Origin: Acidimicrobiales bacterium
GTDB lineage: Bacteria > Actinomycetota > Acidimicrobiia > Acidimicrobiales > Ilumatobacteraceae
Direction: 5' to 3'
Length of the DNA stretch: 64,000 nt
Assembly (NCBI GenBank): GCA_040002995.1
Contig: JBDUDK010000075.1
Coordinates: forward strand, 24,160 to 88,159
A model generated the notes under the pieces. It searched no databases. It had not been told where the DNA came from and was given only the letters and a program-made list of their open reading frames with translations. This document shows positions 26,101 to 34,229 of the stretch, piece after piece (position 1 is the stretch's first letter; every line of letters begins with the position of its first letter). The translations under genes were made by a program, and so were the position numbers.

Positions 26101-26393
26101 TCCACCTCGGCGCGAAGGTCCAACAGTCGGCGTCGGTACGCCGCCTTCGCGGCACCGTCGAGGATGGGCCCGGCGTCGCCTTCGCCTCTGAGCATGCTTG
26201 CGCCGGTCGAGGTGAGATCGAGCGCGTGGATGTCGCGACCAGGAGCTGCGAGCAGGCTGCTAAGCAGCTCTAAACCCCTGCTGTCTGCGAGCCGGACGAT
26301 GGCACCCTCGAACCCGACCGTCCAGCAATCGCCGTCGCGGAAGAACGCGCCCGTGGCGACCGACATCGAGGAGACGTCACGAGCACCGCTCAC
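23106..26393 (-). CDS. STAND-like P-loop NTPase (AAA_16-type) with N-terminal helical domain and C-terminal TPR-like repeats
   Basis: 1095 aa. Walker A LVSGEPGIGKTRLA and Walker B VVLVLDDLHCAD. A long Ala/Leu-rich helical-repeat C-terminus follows. The N-terminal ~190 aa (FFRDGDCWTVGFEG...) resemble the N-termini of large actinobacterial ATP-dependent regulators. I recognised no LuxR-type HTH at the C-terminus. Confidence 0.7.
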   Translation of the reverse strand: MSGARDVSSMSVATGAFFRDGDCWTVGFEGAIVRLADSRGLELLSSLLAAPGRDIHALDLTSTGASMLRGEGDAGPILDGAAKAAYRRRLLDLRAEVDEAEAFADLERAARAQAEVDALVEQLSAAVGLGGRDRLAASGSERARVRATRAIRSALGRVAAALPALGAHLEGTIHTGTYCAYRPDPRVPVRWQTEAPPRNVGDVGLVFPPRLRAEADLPPPFVGRAQESQLLLDRWRASKLEGAQLVLVSGEPGIGKTRLAAEVSLVAKREGAQVLYGRCDRELAFGYDPFAQALGPLVDWLPRDVVRPHVVPLARLGPSFEQRLQRWWPLASGRGDVDRYQVFVAVEAVLAGATAAGPVVLVLDDLHCADRPGLQLLRYLARAEDVGALTIIAVYRDTDTRRGDPLVGALAGLRREPGITRCRLAGLGRIEVEALLLAHGADTAGADEVHAATAGNPLFVKEISYGGGTALHRLPAGIRESVEERVGRLPGLAGQVLAVASVAGAEFDLVVLQRAASVDEEELLQAVENANAAGLITPLPDAVDRYGWVHGVMQAGVYEGIEAARRIRLHARVGGALQKLFPHDHRAIAHHLLLAAPVVDTAQTVDECYATATEAFDRGAFEETSRWGRAALAVLDSSSSLDDRRRAEILVTVGGAEIRSGRPEVGKVAVREATDVAAECGATDLIVRAALAFGSLSVATTPEEVDEPVRFIRQALAAIGSDDDRARVALLCALARWRAFVSTRDERRALERDALGVARGTGAPALIADALVAALYTRSGPLDVAAQVTLSTELYDLAVGLRDPETQALALLYRAFALLHLGDHAAAGDAEDRFAALARELHRPFFDIYRIAIAGRRACVTGDYSEALRLAASMEDAARRAGWDVTVPTDLQRDLLWACWFVQGRFHELAMLPPPRGDGRWSSLRSAWEAATAVGVHRWDDARQALSRSDEAGFAALADDGLWSTAVPMLALACSVLSDDERAERLYESVVPFAALDCTAELAAFNGATSHHLGMLAATFGATEVAVGHLEETLEHHELIGAVSWATQTRFELAAALRQRGRRGDVARARALSDAAQTAATVLGIVPRSQLTESQ

Positions 26394-26520
26394 GCTGCGA
26401 AGTGTAGGAATACGAGGGCGGCGGCGTTGCTCGTCGGTTCCGCCACCCGACGGTCACCACGCGAAGCCCCCGTCGCCTGTCGCCCGCCAGCAGAATGGGA
26501 CCACTTTGAGGTGGGCGGAT

Positions 26521-26840
26521 TCAACCGATCGGCCCAAGAAGTTCGGCGAGCCGCTCGGATGGTTTCATGAATCCGAGGGTCTTGCGAGGCCGATTGTTGA
26601 GGCTCCGGGCGATCCGGGCGAGCTCCTCGGCCGTAAGAACCGACAGGTCCGTGCCCTTGGGCAAGTACTGGCGAAGGAGGCCGTTGGTGTTCGCGTTCGT
26701 GCCGCGTTGCCAAGGACGGCGAACCTCAACGGCTCGCCGGCGACGTCGACCACGGCGAGCACGTTCACGTCGGGGAGTCCGACCAGCAGCTCGCACATGC
26801 GCGTACTCTCGAACTCCACAGGCGCTCTCCCGAACTCGAC
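26521..26840 (-). pseudogene. IS remnant: IS30-family transposase C-terminal fragment fused to an unrelated short N-terminal fragment
   Basis: [56 protein letters not shown] is the conserved IS30 C-terminus (26521..~26715). Upstream, in another frame, only a ~25-aa piece remains ([23 protein letters not shown]). No DDE core is present. Confidence 0.6.
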
Positions 26841-26857
26841 GACCTTAAAGTTGGTAC

Positions 26858-27646
26858 ATGGAAGAGCAGCCCCTGGTCGGTGGCATCGCGAACGTTGGCA
26901 AGGTCGTGCGGGTCGGTCAGCATGTGCTTCGCCCGCCGACCCGGCACACAGCATCCATTCGCGCCTTCCTCCGTGCGCTGGACCGGGCCGGATTCGTAGG
27001 CGCCCCACTCCCGGTCGGCATCGACGACGACGGACGAGAGCGCCTTGCTTTTATCGAGGGTGACGTCCCGCTGACGCCGTATCCCGCTTGGAGCCAGACG
27101 GACACCGCGCTCGCTTCCATCGCCCGACTGCTGCGCCAGATGCACGATGCAGCACACACCTTCGACCACCGAGATCACACCTGGAGTCACGCGCTGTCCG
27201 ACCCGGCCGGTGGGACGATCGTGTGCCACAACGACCTCGAGCCATCCAATATCGCGTTTCGCGACGGCATCGCAGTCGGGTTCATCGACTTTGAGTTCGC
27301 TGCACCCGGCCGGCCTGTCTACGACCTCGCCCAGATGGCCCGGGTCTGCGTGCCGATGGACGGCGAGGTCGACCGGGCGCGGCTCGGCTACCAACCAGCC
27401 GACCTACCAGCGCGGCTGCGGCTCGTGGCTGACGCCTACGGACTGGATCGTGACGGCCGGGCCGAGCTGCTCACGACGATGGATGTTGCCTTCGCGCGCA
27501 TCGAGGCGGCCATCCGGCGCAGCGTCGATGCCGGCAACCCGAACGCCAAGGCGCTGTGGGACCGGACCGAAGGCGGCGAGCGGTTCGACCGGCGGCGTCG
27601 CTGGTGGGCCGCGCATCACGACCAGTTCGTGGCTGCTCTTCGGTAG
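26858..27646 (+). CDS. Aminoglycoside/hydroxyurea-type phosphotransferase (APH) family kinase
   Basis: 262 aa. Catalytic loop CHNDLEPSN and metal-binding IDFEF. Confidence 0.75.
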   Translation: MEEQPLVGGIANVGKVVRVGQHVLRPPTRHTASIRAFLRALDRAGFVGAPLPVGIDDDGRERLAFIEGDVPLTPYPAWSQTDTALASIARLLRQMHDAAHTFDHRDHTWSHALSDPAGGTIVCHNDLEPSNIAFRDGIAVGFIDFEFAAPGRPVYDLAQMARVCVPMDGEVDRARLGYQPADLPARLRLVADAYGLDRDGRAELLTTMDVAFARIEAAIRRSVDAGNPNAKALWDRTEGGERFDRRRRWWAAHHDQFVAALR

Positions 27647-28097
27647 CCGTCGAAGATGTCTGACCTCTCTAGACACCGTCAAGTTCGCAGGGCCCCTGTC
27701 TCGCGTCAGGGATGCCCTACACCCCGCTCATTTCCGAAGCGCCCTTTATCTCAGCTCGTCCGAGGATTAGGCGGACCAACCTTCCCGCCGCTTCAGCGCG
27801 CAGCACGGTCACGTCAACAAGTTCGGGCCGACTGCGCGGGATCGAGAACTGGTCGCCGCCGTCGGCGCGCGCCTCACTAGGCATGATCGCTCCAACCTGG
27901 CGCGCCAGCGATTGTTGAATCCTCGGGGTCCGTTGCCTTGGGAGGAACCGAGGGTCGTGCCCGCACCGTCGACGAATTCGCCACTATCGCGGCGTCGTCG
28001 TCACGGTCAACGTCGACCACAGCGCGCCCGACTGTCGATCAGGCATCGAAACATTGGCCCGCGCTGGCGCCGGCACTAGCGCTGCCTCGCGACCGCC

Positions 28098-28259
28098 CTA
28101 AACGGCTAGGGCCTCCCGGGCGTCGAACTCCGCGCAGATCCGCACAGCCGTAGCCGCGGCGTCCCGCTTCTGATCTTCCATATAAGGCGCCGCCATCGCG
28201 ATCGTGGTTAGCGCCTTGATAGCTGCCTCGGCGCGGTCGAGGCGTTCTTCTGTCGTCAT
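28098..28259 (-). CDS. Small hypothetical protein (53 aa), possibly leaderless
   Basis: Own translation, below the track cutoff: MTTEERLDRAEAAIKALTTIAMAAPYMEDQKRDAAATAVRICAEFDAREALAV*. TAGGGT (TANNNT) ends 6 nt upstream of the ATG, and no SD is present. Confidence 0.3.
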   Translation of the reverse strand: MTTEERLDRAEAAIKALTTIAMAAPYMEDQKRDAAATAVRICAEFDAREALAV

Positions 28260-28571
28260 GCCGCAACCCTACGCCCGGCGCACGCGTAACCTTTCAGCAG
28301 CGGTTGACCCCGCCCGCTCGCGCGGTAGACCATCGGCGGCCGAACAGCGCACTCGTCCTCGGCGCGCTGGCCGGGCCGCGGGTTCCCCGTTCGTCCACGA
28401 AAGCTCAGGCGCGTACCGTCGGCCTCGGTCTTGCGTTCCTGAACTCCCTAGGCTCAGGCGCCCGCAAGTCGCGCGACTTGACCGCACAAGGGGCGCCGGT
28501 TCACCGGACCAAGCCATCGCAGACGAGAAGAGGAGCTCCAGCGCAACGCCGTGTCGGCAGTGCCCCGTGCT

Positions 28572-29819
28572 TTATTGGGCGGCGTTGGCTGTGCGCCCTT
28601 CGGTGCCTGGCGCGCTGCCGGTGATGGCTGACCCGGTGGCCAGGTCGAAAACCTGCATCTGCTCGACATCCACCGCGAGTTCGAAGGCTTCACCGACGTT
28701 GACTCTCGTGCGGGGATCGCATCGCGCGATGAGGAATGAGGAGGTCGTTCGGGCGAGGTCGCGTTCGGCGGTGGCGTCGAGGTCGGCGGCGATCTCGCGG
28801 AGATCCTCGGTGCGCACGGGTTTGGCGTCGATGGCCGCGTGGACCATGACGTCTGAGCCGAGGGCTTCGACCAGTTCGACGATGACCTTCACGCGTCGGC
28901 GGGGTGACATGTCTGGTCGTATTTGTGCGTCTTGAAGGTGTTCGGGGCGGATGCCGATGGCGATGGTGAGGCCGTCATAGCCGTTTAGCGCGGGTCGACG
29001 GCCGAGCAGCGCTGGAGTTAGTTCGAGAGCGGTGGTTCCGACGAGCACGTGGGGCTCGCCGTTCGTGAGCCGTACGGTCCCCTCGAGGAGGTTCATTGAT
29101 GGTGATCCGATGAAGCCGGCCACGAAGAGATTGACGGGTCGTTCGTAAAGATCGGCCGGGGTGGCGACTTGTTGGAGAACCCCGCGGCGCATGACGGCTA
29201 CACGGTCCCCCATCGTCATGGCCTCGACTTGATCGTGGGTGACGTAGAGGGTGGTGACGCCGAGCCGTCGTTGGATACGCGCGATTTCGGCTCGCATTTG
29301 AACCCGGAGCTTGGCGTCGAGGTTCGAGAGGGGCTCGTCCATGAGAAAGGCGCGCGGTTCTCGCACGATGGCGCGGCCCATGGCGACGCGCTGACGTTGA
29401 CCTCCGGAGAGTTGTTTGGGCTTGCGGTCTAGGAGGTCGGTGAGGTCGAGGACTCGGGCTGCCTCCTCGACTCGCTCGTCGCGTTGGGGCCTTGGCACGT
29501 GTCGGAGGCGTAGGCCGAATCCCATGTTCTGACGCACGCTCATGTGCGGGTAGAGCGCGTAGTTCTGAAAAACCATGGCGATGTCGCGCTTCTTGGCGGG
29601 GATGTCGTTCACGATGTCATCGCCGATCCGCAGAGTGCCGGACGTGACGTCTTCGAGGCCTGCCACCATGCGCAGCGATGTCGTTTTGCCGCAGCCGGAT
29701 GGTCCGACGAGCACCAGAAACTCGCCGTCGCCGAGGGCTAAGTCGAGGTCCTCGACGGCCACAACACCGTTGTCGAAGATCTTGGTGACATGCTCAAACA
29801 GAATTTCGGCCATGGTCAC
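28572..29819 (-). CDS. Sugar ABC transporter ATP-binding protein (MalK/UgpC/MsiK type)
   Basis: 415 aa. GPSGCGKTT, LSGGQRQRVAMGRA and FLMDEPLSNLD, plus the C-terminal regulatory (TOBE-like) domain. Confidence 0.9.
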   Translation of the reverse strand: MTMAEILFEHVTKIFDNGVVAVEDLDLALGDGEFLVLVGPSGCGKTTSLRMVAGLEDVTSGTLRIGDDIVNDIPAKKRDIAMVFQNYALYPHMSVRQNMGFGLRLRHVPRPQRDERVEEAARVLDLTDLLDRKPKQLSGGQRQRVAMGRAIVREPRAFLMDEPLSNLDAKLRVQMRAEIARIQRRLGVTTLYVTHDQVEAMTMGDRVAVMRRGVLQQVATPADLYERPVNLFVAGFIGSPSMNLLEGTVRLTNGEPHVLVGTTALELTPALLGRRPALNGYDGLTIAIGIRPEHLQDAQIRPDMSPRRRVKVIVELVEALGSDVMVHAAIDAKPVRTEDLREIAADLDATAERDLARTTSSFLIARCDPRTRVNVGEAFELAVDVEQMQVFDLATGSAITGSAPGTEGRTANAAQ

Positions 29820-29837
29820 CTCTTCCGGTGGGAGCGT

Positions 29838-30872
29838 TCATTGGATGGTGTGGGTGACCTTGGCGAGCCCTGCGGCAACGTCGGGATTTTGTCCTCGCTG
29901 CTCGGCGAGTGCGGCGGCAATGAGTTGGCCGGCCACCGTTAGAACGATCGGAGCGAGAGGTTCAGGTAGGTCGGGTCCGGTCACCCAACCGTCGGCGAGC
30001 GCCGCGAGGCTTGCGTGGCCGCCGACGGCGGTCACCGCGGCGGAAGCGGCACGAGCCGTGTGGGCGATCGCGGTGAGTCCGTTCAACGTGGGACCCGCGG
30101 CTGGCCCGATCAGCAGGACGCCGACGCCGGGCCGCAGGACGGCCGCAGGTCCGTGCTGCAGCTCGGCTGCGGAGATGGCGTAGCTGGGGATGGCCGCGGC
30201 CTCGACGATTTTCAGCGCCGTTTCTTGAGCGGTCGAAAGGGTGAGGGCGCGGCCGACGGCGAGGATCAGGTCTTGAGCTCCCAGGACGTCCACGACGGGT
30301 CGTATGTTGGCGAAGAGTTGGCGCTCTGCGGCTGCCGGTAGATCGCGCAGGTGCGCCGCCCAGGCTGGGCGGCGCTCCGCGAGGGCGAGCGCGATAAACG
30401 CGAGCGCGACCATGGCAGCGGTGAACGACTTCGTGGCAGGCACGGCACGCTCGACCCCCGTGGGCGTGACCACGGCAAGCCCGCACGCGGCGGCGAGCGA
30501 ACTGTCGGCAGTGTTGGTGAGGGCAATGGTGGCGGCCCCGTGCGACCGCGCCCACAAGGCGCACTCCTCGAGCTCCTCGGACTTGCCCGACTGGGAAATA
30601 AAAATGGCGAGAGTCTGTCCGAGATCGACAGCGGCGCGGAACAGAAACCCGATGGACGGCTCACCAAGACCGACCGGTAGGCCGGCCGTGACCTCGATGA
30701 GGTAGCGGCCGTATACGGCCGCGCCGCGGGAGCTACCTCGCCCGAAGAGCAGTACGTGACGCCGCCCGGCACCGACGCGGGCGATGTCTGGGACCACACC
30801 CTCCATAGCGTCGAGAGTGGCGGCGATGGCGGTGGGTTGTTCGGCGATCTCGAGGCGCATGTGCGAGGTCAT
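29838..30872 (-). CDS. Tandem-SIS-domain protein (GlmS isomerase-domain / AgaS / FrlB-like)
   Basis: EIAEQPTAIAATLD...LLFGRGSS...FISQSGKSEE...ALTN is a first SIS domain, and a second SIS-like half follows. The ATG at 30872 overlaps the upstream stop (ATGA). Confidence 0.75.
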   Translation of the reverse strand: MTSHMRLEIAEQPTAIAATLDAMEGVVPDIARVGAGRRHVLLFGRGSSRGAAVYGRYLIEVTAGLPVGLGEPSIGFLFRAAVDLGQTLAIFISQSGKSEELEECALWARSHGAATIALTNTADSSLAAACGLAVVTPTGVERAVPATKSFTAAMVALAFIALALAERRPAWAAHLRDLPAAAERQLFANIRPVVDVLGAQDLILAVGRALTLSTAQETALKIVEAAAIPSYAISAAELQHGPAAVLRPGVGVLLIGPAAGPTLNGLTAIAHTARAASAAVTAVGGHASLAALADGWVTGPDLPEPLAPIVLTVAGQLIAAALAEQRGQNPDVAAGLAKVTHTIQ

Positions 30873-31939
30873 CGGCGCGTGAGCCACGGCTCAATCGGCA
30901 TGGCTGCCGTGGTGTGGAACGGTAAAGCGACCTCAGCACCGGTTGCGGCTGACTGGTAAGCCGCCATCACGATTTCGAGTACTTGGCGCCCATCGGAACC
31001 GGTCTCCTCCGGGGCGATCGCGCCGGTAATGGCGTCGACGAAGTGTGCCATCTCGCCGTGCCAGCCCCAGGTGCGCGCTTCTTCGTGGGCGATGAAGTTC
31101 CATCCCGCGCGGCCGGGTGCCTTCTCGGCCGCGTCGTTGACGCCGATGTCGCTGTAGACCAGCAGCGATTGGCCGCGGGCAAGGTCAGCGGAGACGGACC
31201 CGGCGGTCCCGAGGACTTCGAGCCGTTCGTCGATCCCGCCGGGTGCGGCCCACGACGAGTCGATCACGGCGAGAGCTCCGGTCTGGAACTGCATGGTCAC
31301 AAGCGCGTGATCGTCGACGTTGCCACTGCTGTGTTTGAAGATCCCGAGGCGGGCGTGCACCGTCGCGACTGGTGGTTTGTCGAGCAACCAGCGGGCCACC
31401 TCGATGCCATGACACCCCATATCCAAAAGGACGCCGCCACCAGATTGTGTCGGGTCGTGGAACCAACGGGCGTGAGGTCCGCCGTGACGCTCCCAGTGCT
31501 GCATCTGAACGACGGTGCCGAGCGTTCCCGACTGGATCAGTTCGCGTACGCGCTGGTAGCGAGGCGCGAAGCACAGCTGCTCGCCATAGAGGAGAAGTAC
31601 CCCAGCGTCGCGGCAGGCGTCGAGCATCGTGTCGGCCTCGGCCAGGTTCATGGCTAAGGGTTTCTCGCAAATCACATGCACGCCGGCGGCCGCCGCCGCC
31701 AGGGTTGCGGGCAGGTGGAATCGGTTGGGAACAGCGATGGTGACAAGGTCGAGGCGTTCGGCAGCGAGCAATGTGTCCAGGTCGGGGTAGGCCGCACAGT
31801 GAAAATCTCTGGCGAACGCCGCACTCGAAGCCGGGCCGGCGGAGACAACGCCCGCGACCTCGACGCGACCGGTGGCGATCAGCGACTCGGCGTGCAGCCT
31901 GCCGGCGAAAGCCGCCCCGATCACGCCTGCGCGCAGCAT
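30869..31939 (-). CDS. Gfo/Idh/MocA-family NAD(P)-dependent oxidoreductase
   Basis: MLRAGVIGAAFAGRLHAE...VICEKPLA is the canonical N-terminal Rossmann/EKP motif. The start at 31939 shares one base with the upstream stop (TGATG). Confidence 0.85.
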   Translation of the reverse strand: MLRAGVIGAAFAGRLHAESLIATGRVEVAGVVSAGPASSAAFARDFHCAAYPDLDTLLAAERLDLVTIAVPNRFHLPATLAAAAAGVHVICEKPLAMNLAEADTMLDACRDAGVLLLYGEQLCFAPRYQRVRELIQSGTLGTVVQMQHWERHGGPHARWFHDPTQSGGGVLLDMGCHGIEVARWLLDKPPVATVHARLGIFKHSSGNVDDHALVTMQFQTGALAVIDSSWAAPGGIDERLEVLGTAGSVSADLARGQSLLVYSDIGVNDAAEKAPGRAGWNFIAHEEARTWGWHGEMAHFVDAITGAIAPEETGSDGRQVLEIVMAAYQSAATGAEVALPFHTTAAMPIEPWLTRR

Positions 31940-32982
31940 CAGCTGATGGCCACTCGTGGAAGCTGGGCCGCAAACCTCCACGCGGCGTCAGCATCGGCAT
32001 CGGTGAGATCACGCACATCGGCGAGGCCGACGTCGAGATCCTCGGCGCGTGCGTAGCCCCGCAGACTGACGAAGATGGGGCCGAAGACGTCGATTCCGAT
32101 GTCGAGGTCGAGCGGGTGGGCTCGGGTCCCGCACCGCCCGACGACGTCGAGGACCCAGCCTGGGTCGTTGTCCTGGGCGTGCGCGACGGCGGCAACGGCG
32201 AAGGCGACGAGTTCGCCGTGGATATGCCGTGCGCCGGTGGCGTGCTCGTAGGCGTAGGCCACGAAGTGCTCACTGCCTTCCTCGAAGCGGCTGTGACCGG
32301 CGGCCGCGCCCGCAGCGCCGACACGGGCGTACGCGTCGGCGAGCCACCGGACGGCGGCGGGCGTGACAGCGCGCACGTCCGCGGCGGCGGCATCGAGTTC
32401 GGCCAGGAGGCTAGCGGCGAGATGGGCGAGGTCGGCGCGCCACGCGGGTCCCTTCCCGACGGCGGCGGCGGCGCGCCAGTCCCACAGCGCGCTGTGGCAC
32501 GACAGGATGTCGCCGATCCCGGCGCGGTTGAGGTGCGGCGGCGCCGACCGGATAAGTCCTATGTCGAGCACCACTATGCGGGGCTCCATGTGCCCGACGT
32601 ATCGCACTCGCCCGTCGACTCGGACGCCGACGGCGTCGGTGAACCCGGCGTCCACCGAGGTGATCGTCGGGATCTGGATCAGTGGTCGGCTGGTGGACCA
32701 CGCCAGGTATTTAGCGGTGTCGAGGGCGGTGCCCCCACCTACGCCCACGACGACCCGCCCGTTGTCCGGCACGGCCGCGAGTGCTTGCAGATGCGCGAGC
32801 TCCATCGATCCAGCAAGTATCAGTTTCGCCGGCAGCCGTGGGAGGCGATCGGCGATCGCGGACCACGGGGGATCGTTGGCGACCACTAGAGCAGGCTCGT
32901 CGAGGTCGCCTAAGACCTCGAGCGCAGCAGCCTCCACGATGGGGAACGGTCGACCGATCACTACCGCCGGTTCGGCGGTCAT
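31939..32982 (-). CDS. Iron-containing alcohol dehydrogenase superfamily, glycerol-1-phosphate-dehydrogenase (AraM/EgsA)-like, copy 1
   Basis: 347 aa. VGVGGGTALDTAKY and RFEEGSEHFVAYAYE...HGELVA. About 40% identical by eye to 39563..40570. Confidence 0.65.
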   Translation of the reverse strand: MTAEPAVVIGRPFPIVEAAALEVLGDLDEPALVVANDPPWSAIADRLPRLPAKLILAGSMELAHLQALAAVPDNGRVVVGVGGGTALDTAKYLAWSTSRPLIQIPTITSVDAGFTDAVGVRVDGRVRYVGHMEPRIVVLDIGLIRSAPPHLNRAGIGDILSCHSALWDWRAAAAVGKGPAWRADLAHLAASLLAELDAAAADVRAVTPAAVRWLADAYARVGAAGAAAGHSRFEEGSEHFVAYAYEHATGARHIHGELVAFAVAAVAHAQDNDPGWVLDVVGRCGTRAHPLDLDIGIDVFGPIFVSLRGYARAEDLDVGLADVRDLTDADADAAWRFAAQLPRVAIS

Positions 32983-34202
32983 GTGCGTAACTCGTGGGCG
33001 TGAGCCTTTACTTTGGCTAGCGCTGCAACCACAGTGTCACAGTCGGCGGCGGTTCCCATGAGGACAGCGGTCTTGAACCAGAGAGTGTCCGACGCCAGCC
33101 GGTCGGTGACGGGACAATCGACGTTGGCATAGTCGGGCATGCCGTCGCGATCTTTGTAGCGGGGAGCGAAGCCGTCTGGGTCGCGGAAGCAGTCGACCCT
33201 GTGGATGGGGGGGTAGGACATGGTCAACGGGATGCCCTCGGCTTCGAGCGCCAGCCGTATTTGTTCGCGCGAAACGCCGAACATCTCGGGATCGATGCGC
33301 ACCACGTAGCAGTAGTTGCCCTGACTTGTGCAACGAGGGTCGCGCGTCTGGGGATGGACTCCAGGGATTTCAGCCAGGGCCGCGTTGAGGTGGTCGGCGT
33401 TGATGGCCCGCCGAGCCTGTTGGGCGGGGAAGCGCTGGAGCTGGGCGAGAAGTACAGCGCCCTGCCACTCCGTCATCCGGTAGTTGCCGCCGAGCGTGTA
33501 ATGCGCATAGAACCATTCGCCGGGTCGACGGCCACAGTCGCTGAAGGACCGGACGGCGACAGCCACCTCGGGGCGAGCCGAAACGACGACTCCGCCTTCA
33601 CCGCCGGTCATTAACTTGGACGCTTGAAAGGAAAAGGCGCCTGCGTCGCCGAGCGTGCCCACGGGGCGATCCCGCCAGGTGGACCCGTGCGCGTGAGCGC
33701 AATCCTCGATGAGGGCCAGGTGGTGGCGGGCACACAACTCGGCGAGCCGGTCCATGTTCGCGGGGTGGCCGGCGACGTGGACGGCGATGATCGCTGCGGT
33801 GCGCGGCCCGATAGCCGCGGCGGCGAGGTCCGCGTCGAGGCATCCGGTGCTTAGTTCCACGTCGACGAGTACGGGGACCGCGTTCACCATGAGCACCGCG
33901 GTTGCGGTGGCGACGAATGACCAGTCGGGCACGATGACTTCGTCGCCTTCGCCCACGCCGAGAGCGAGCAACGCCATCTCGAGGGCGTGCGTGCCGTTGG
34001 TGACGGCAACGCCGGGCGGCGTCCCGAAGGTGTCGCCCCACGCCGTTTCGAAGGCTCGCACCTTGGTACCTTGGCTCGCCCACCACTCGCCACTGTCGAG
34101 CACCTCGAGCAGCAGCTCGCGTTCATTGCCGTCGTGGACCGGCCAAGCCGGAAAGGGCGTGGTTCGTACCGGTACGCCACCGGCGGCGGCCAGCTCAGGC
34201 AT
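32979..34202 (-). CDS. DegT/DnrJ/EryC1/StrS-family PLP-dependent aminotransferase
   Basis: 407 aa. PLP-lysine region AFSFQASKLMTGGEGG, with a typical N-terminus (WP..D..E...L..VL.SG.W). Confidence 0.85.
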   Translation of the reverse strand: MPELAAAGGVPVRTTPFPAWPVHDGNERELLLEVLDSGEWWASQGTKVRAFETAWGDTFGTPPGVAVTNGTHALEMALLALGVGEGDEVIVPDWSFVATATAVLMVNAVPVLVDVELSTGCLDADLAAAAIGPRTAAIIAVHVAGHPANMDRLAELCARHHLALIEDCAHAHGSTWRDRPVGTLGDAGAFSFQASKLMTGGEGGVVVSARPEVAVAVRSFSDCGRRPGEWFYAHYTLGGNYRMTEWQGAVLLAQLQRFPAQQARRAINADHLNAALAEIPGVHPQTRDPRCTSQGNYCYVVRIDPEMFGVSREQIRLALEAEGIPLTMSYPPIHRVDCFRDPDGFAPRYKDRDGMPDYANVDCPVTDRLASDTLWFKTAVLMGTAADCDTVVAALAKVKAHAHELRT

Positions 34203-34229
34203 ATCGATCGCCCAAGGAGTCGGGTCTGG

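Noticed and set aside
27938-28935. Several + strand ORFs (71-243 aa) across the spacer and the 3' end of the ABC ATPase gene
   Set aside because: Their translations are Arg/Ser/Pro-rich with no motifs. The 243-aa ORF is antisense to the well-supported ATPase gene.
31185-32889. 402-aa (-) and 372-aa (+) ORFs overlapping the Gfo/Idh/MocA and G1PDH-like genes
   Set aside because: They are Arg/Pro/Ser-rich shadows without motifs. The alternative frames carry family signatures and are translationally coupled to their neighbours.
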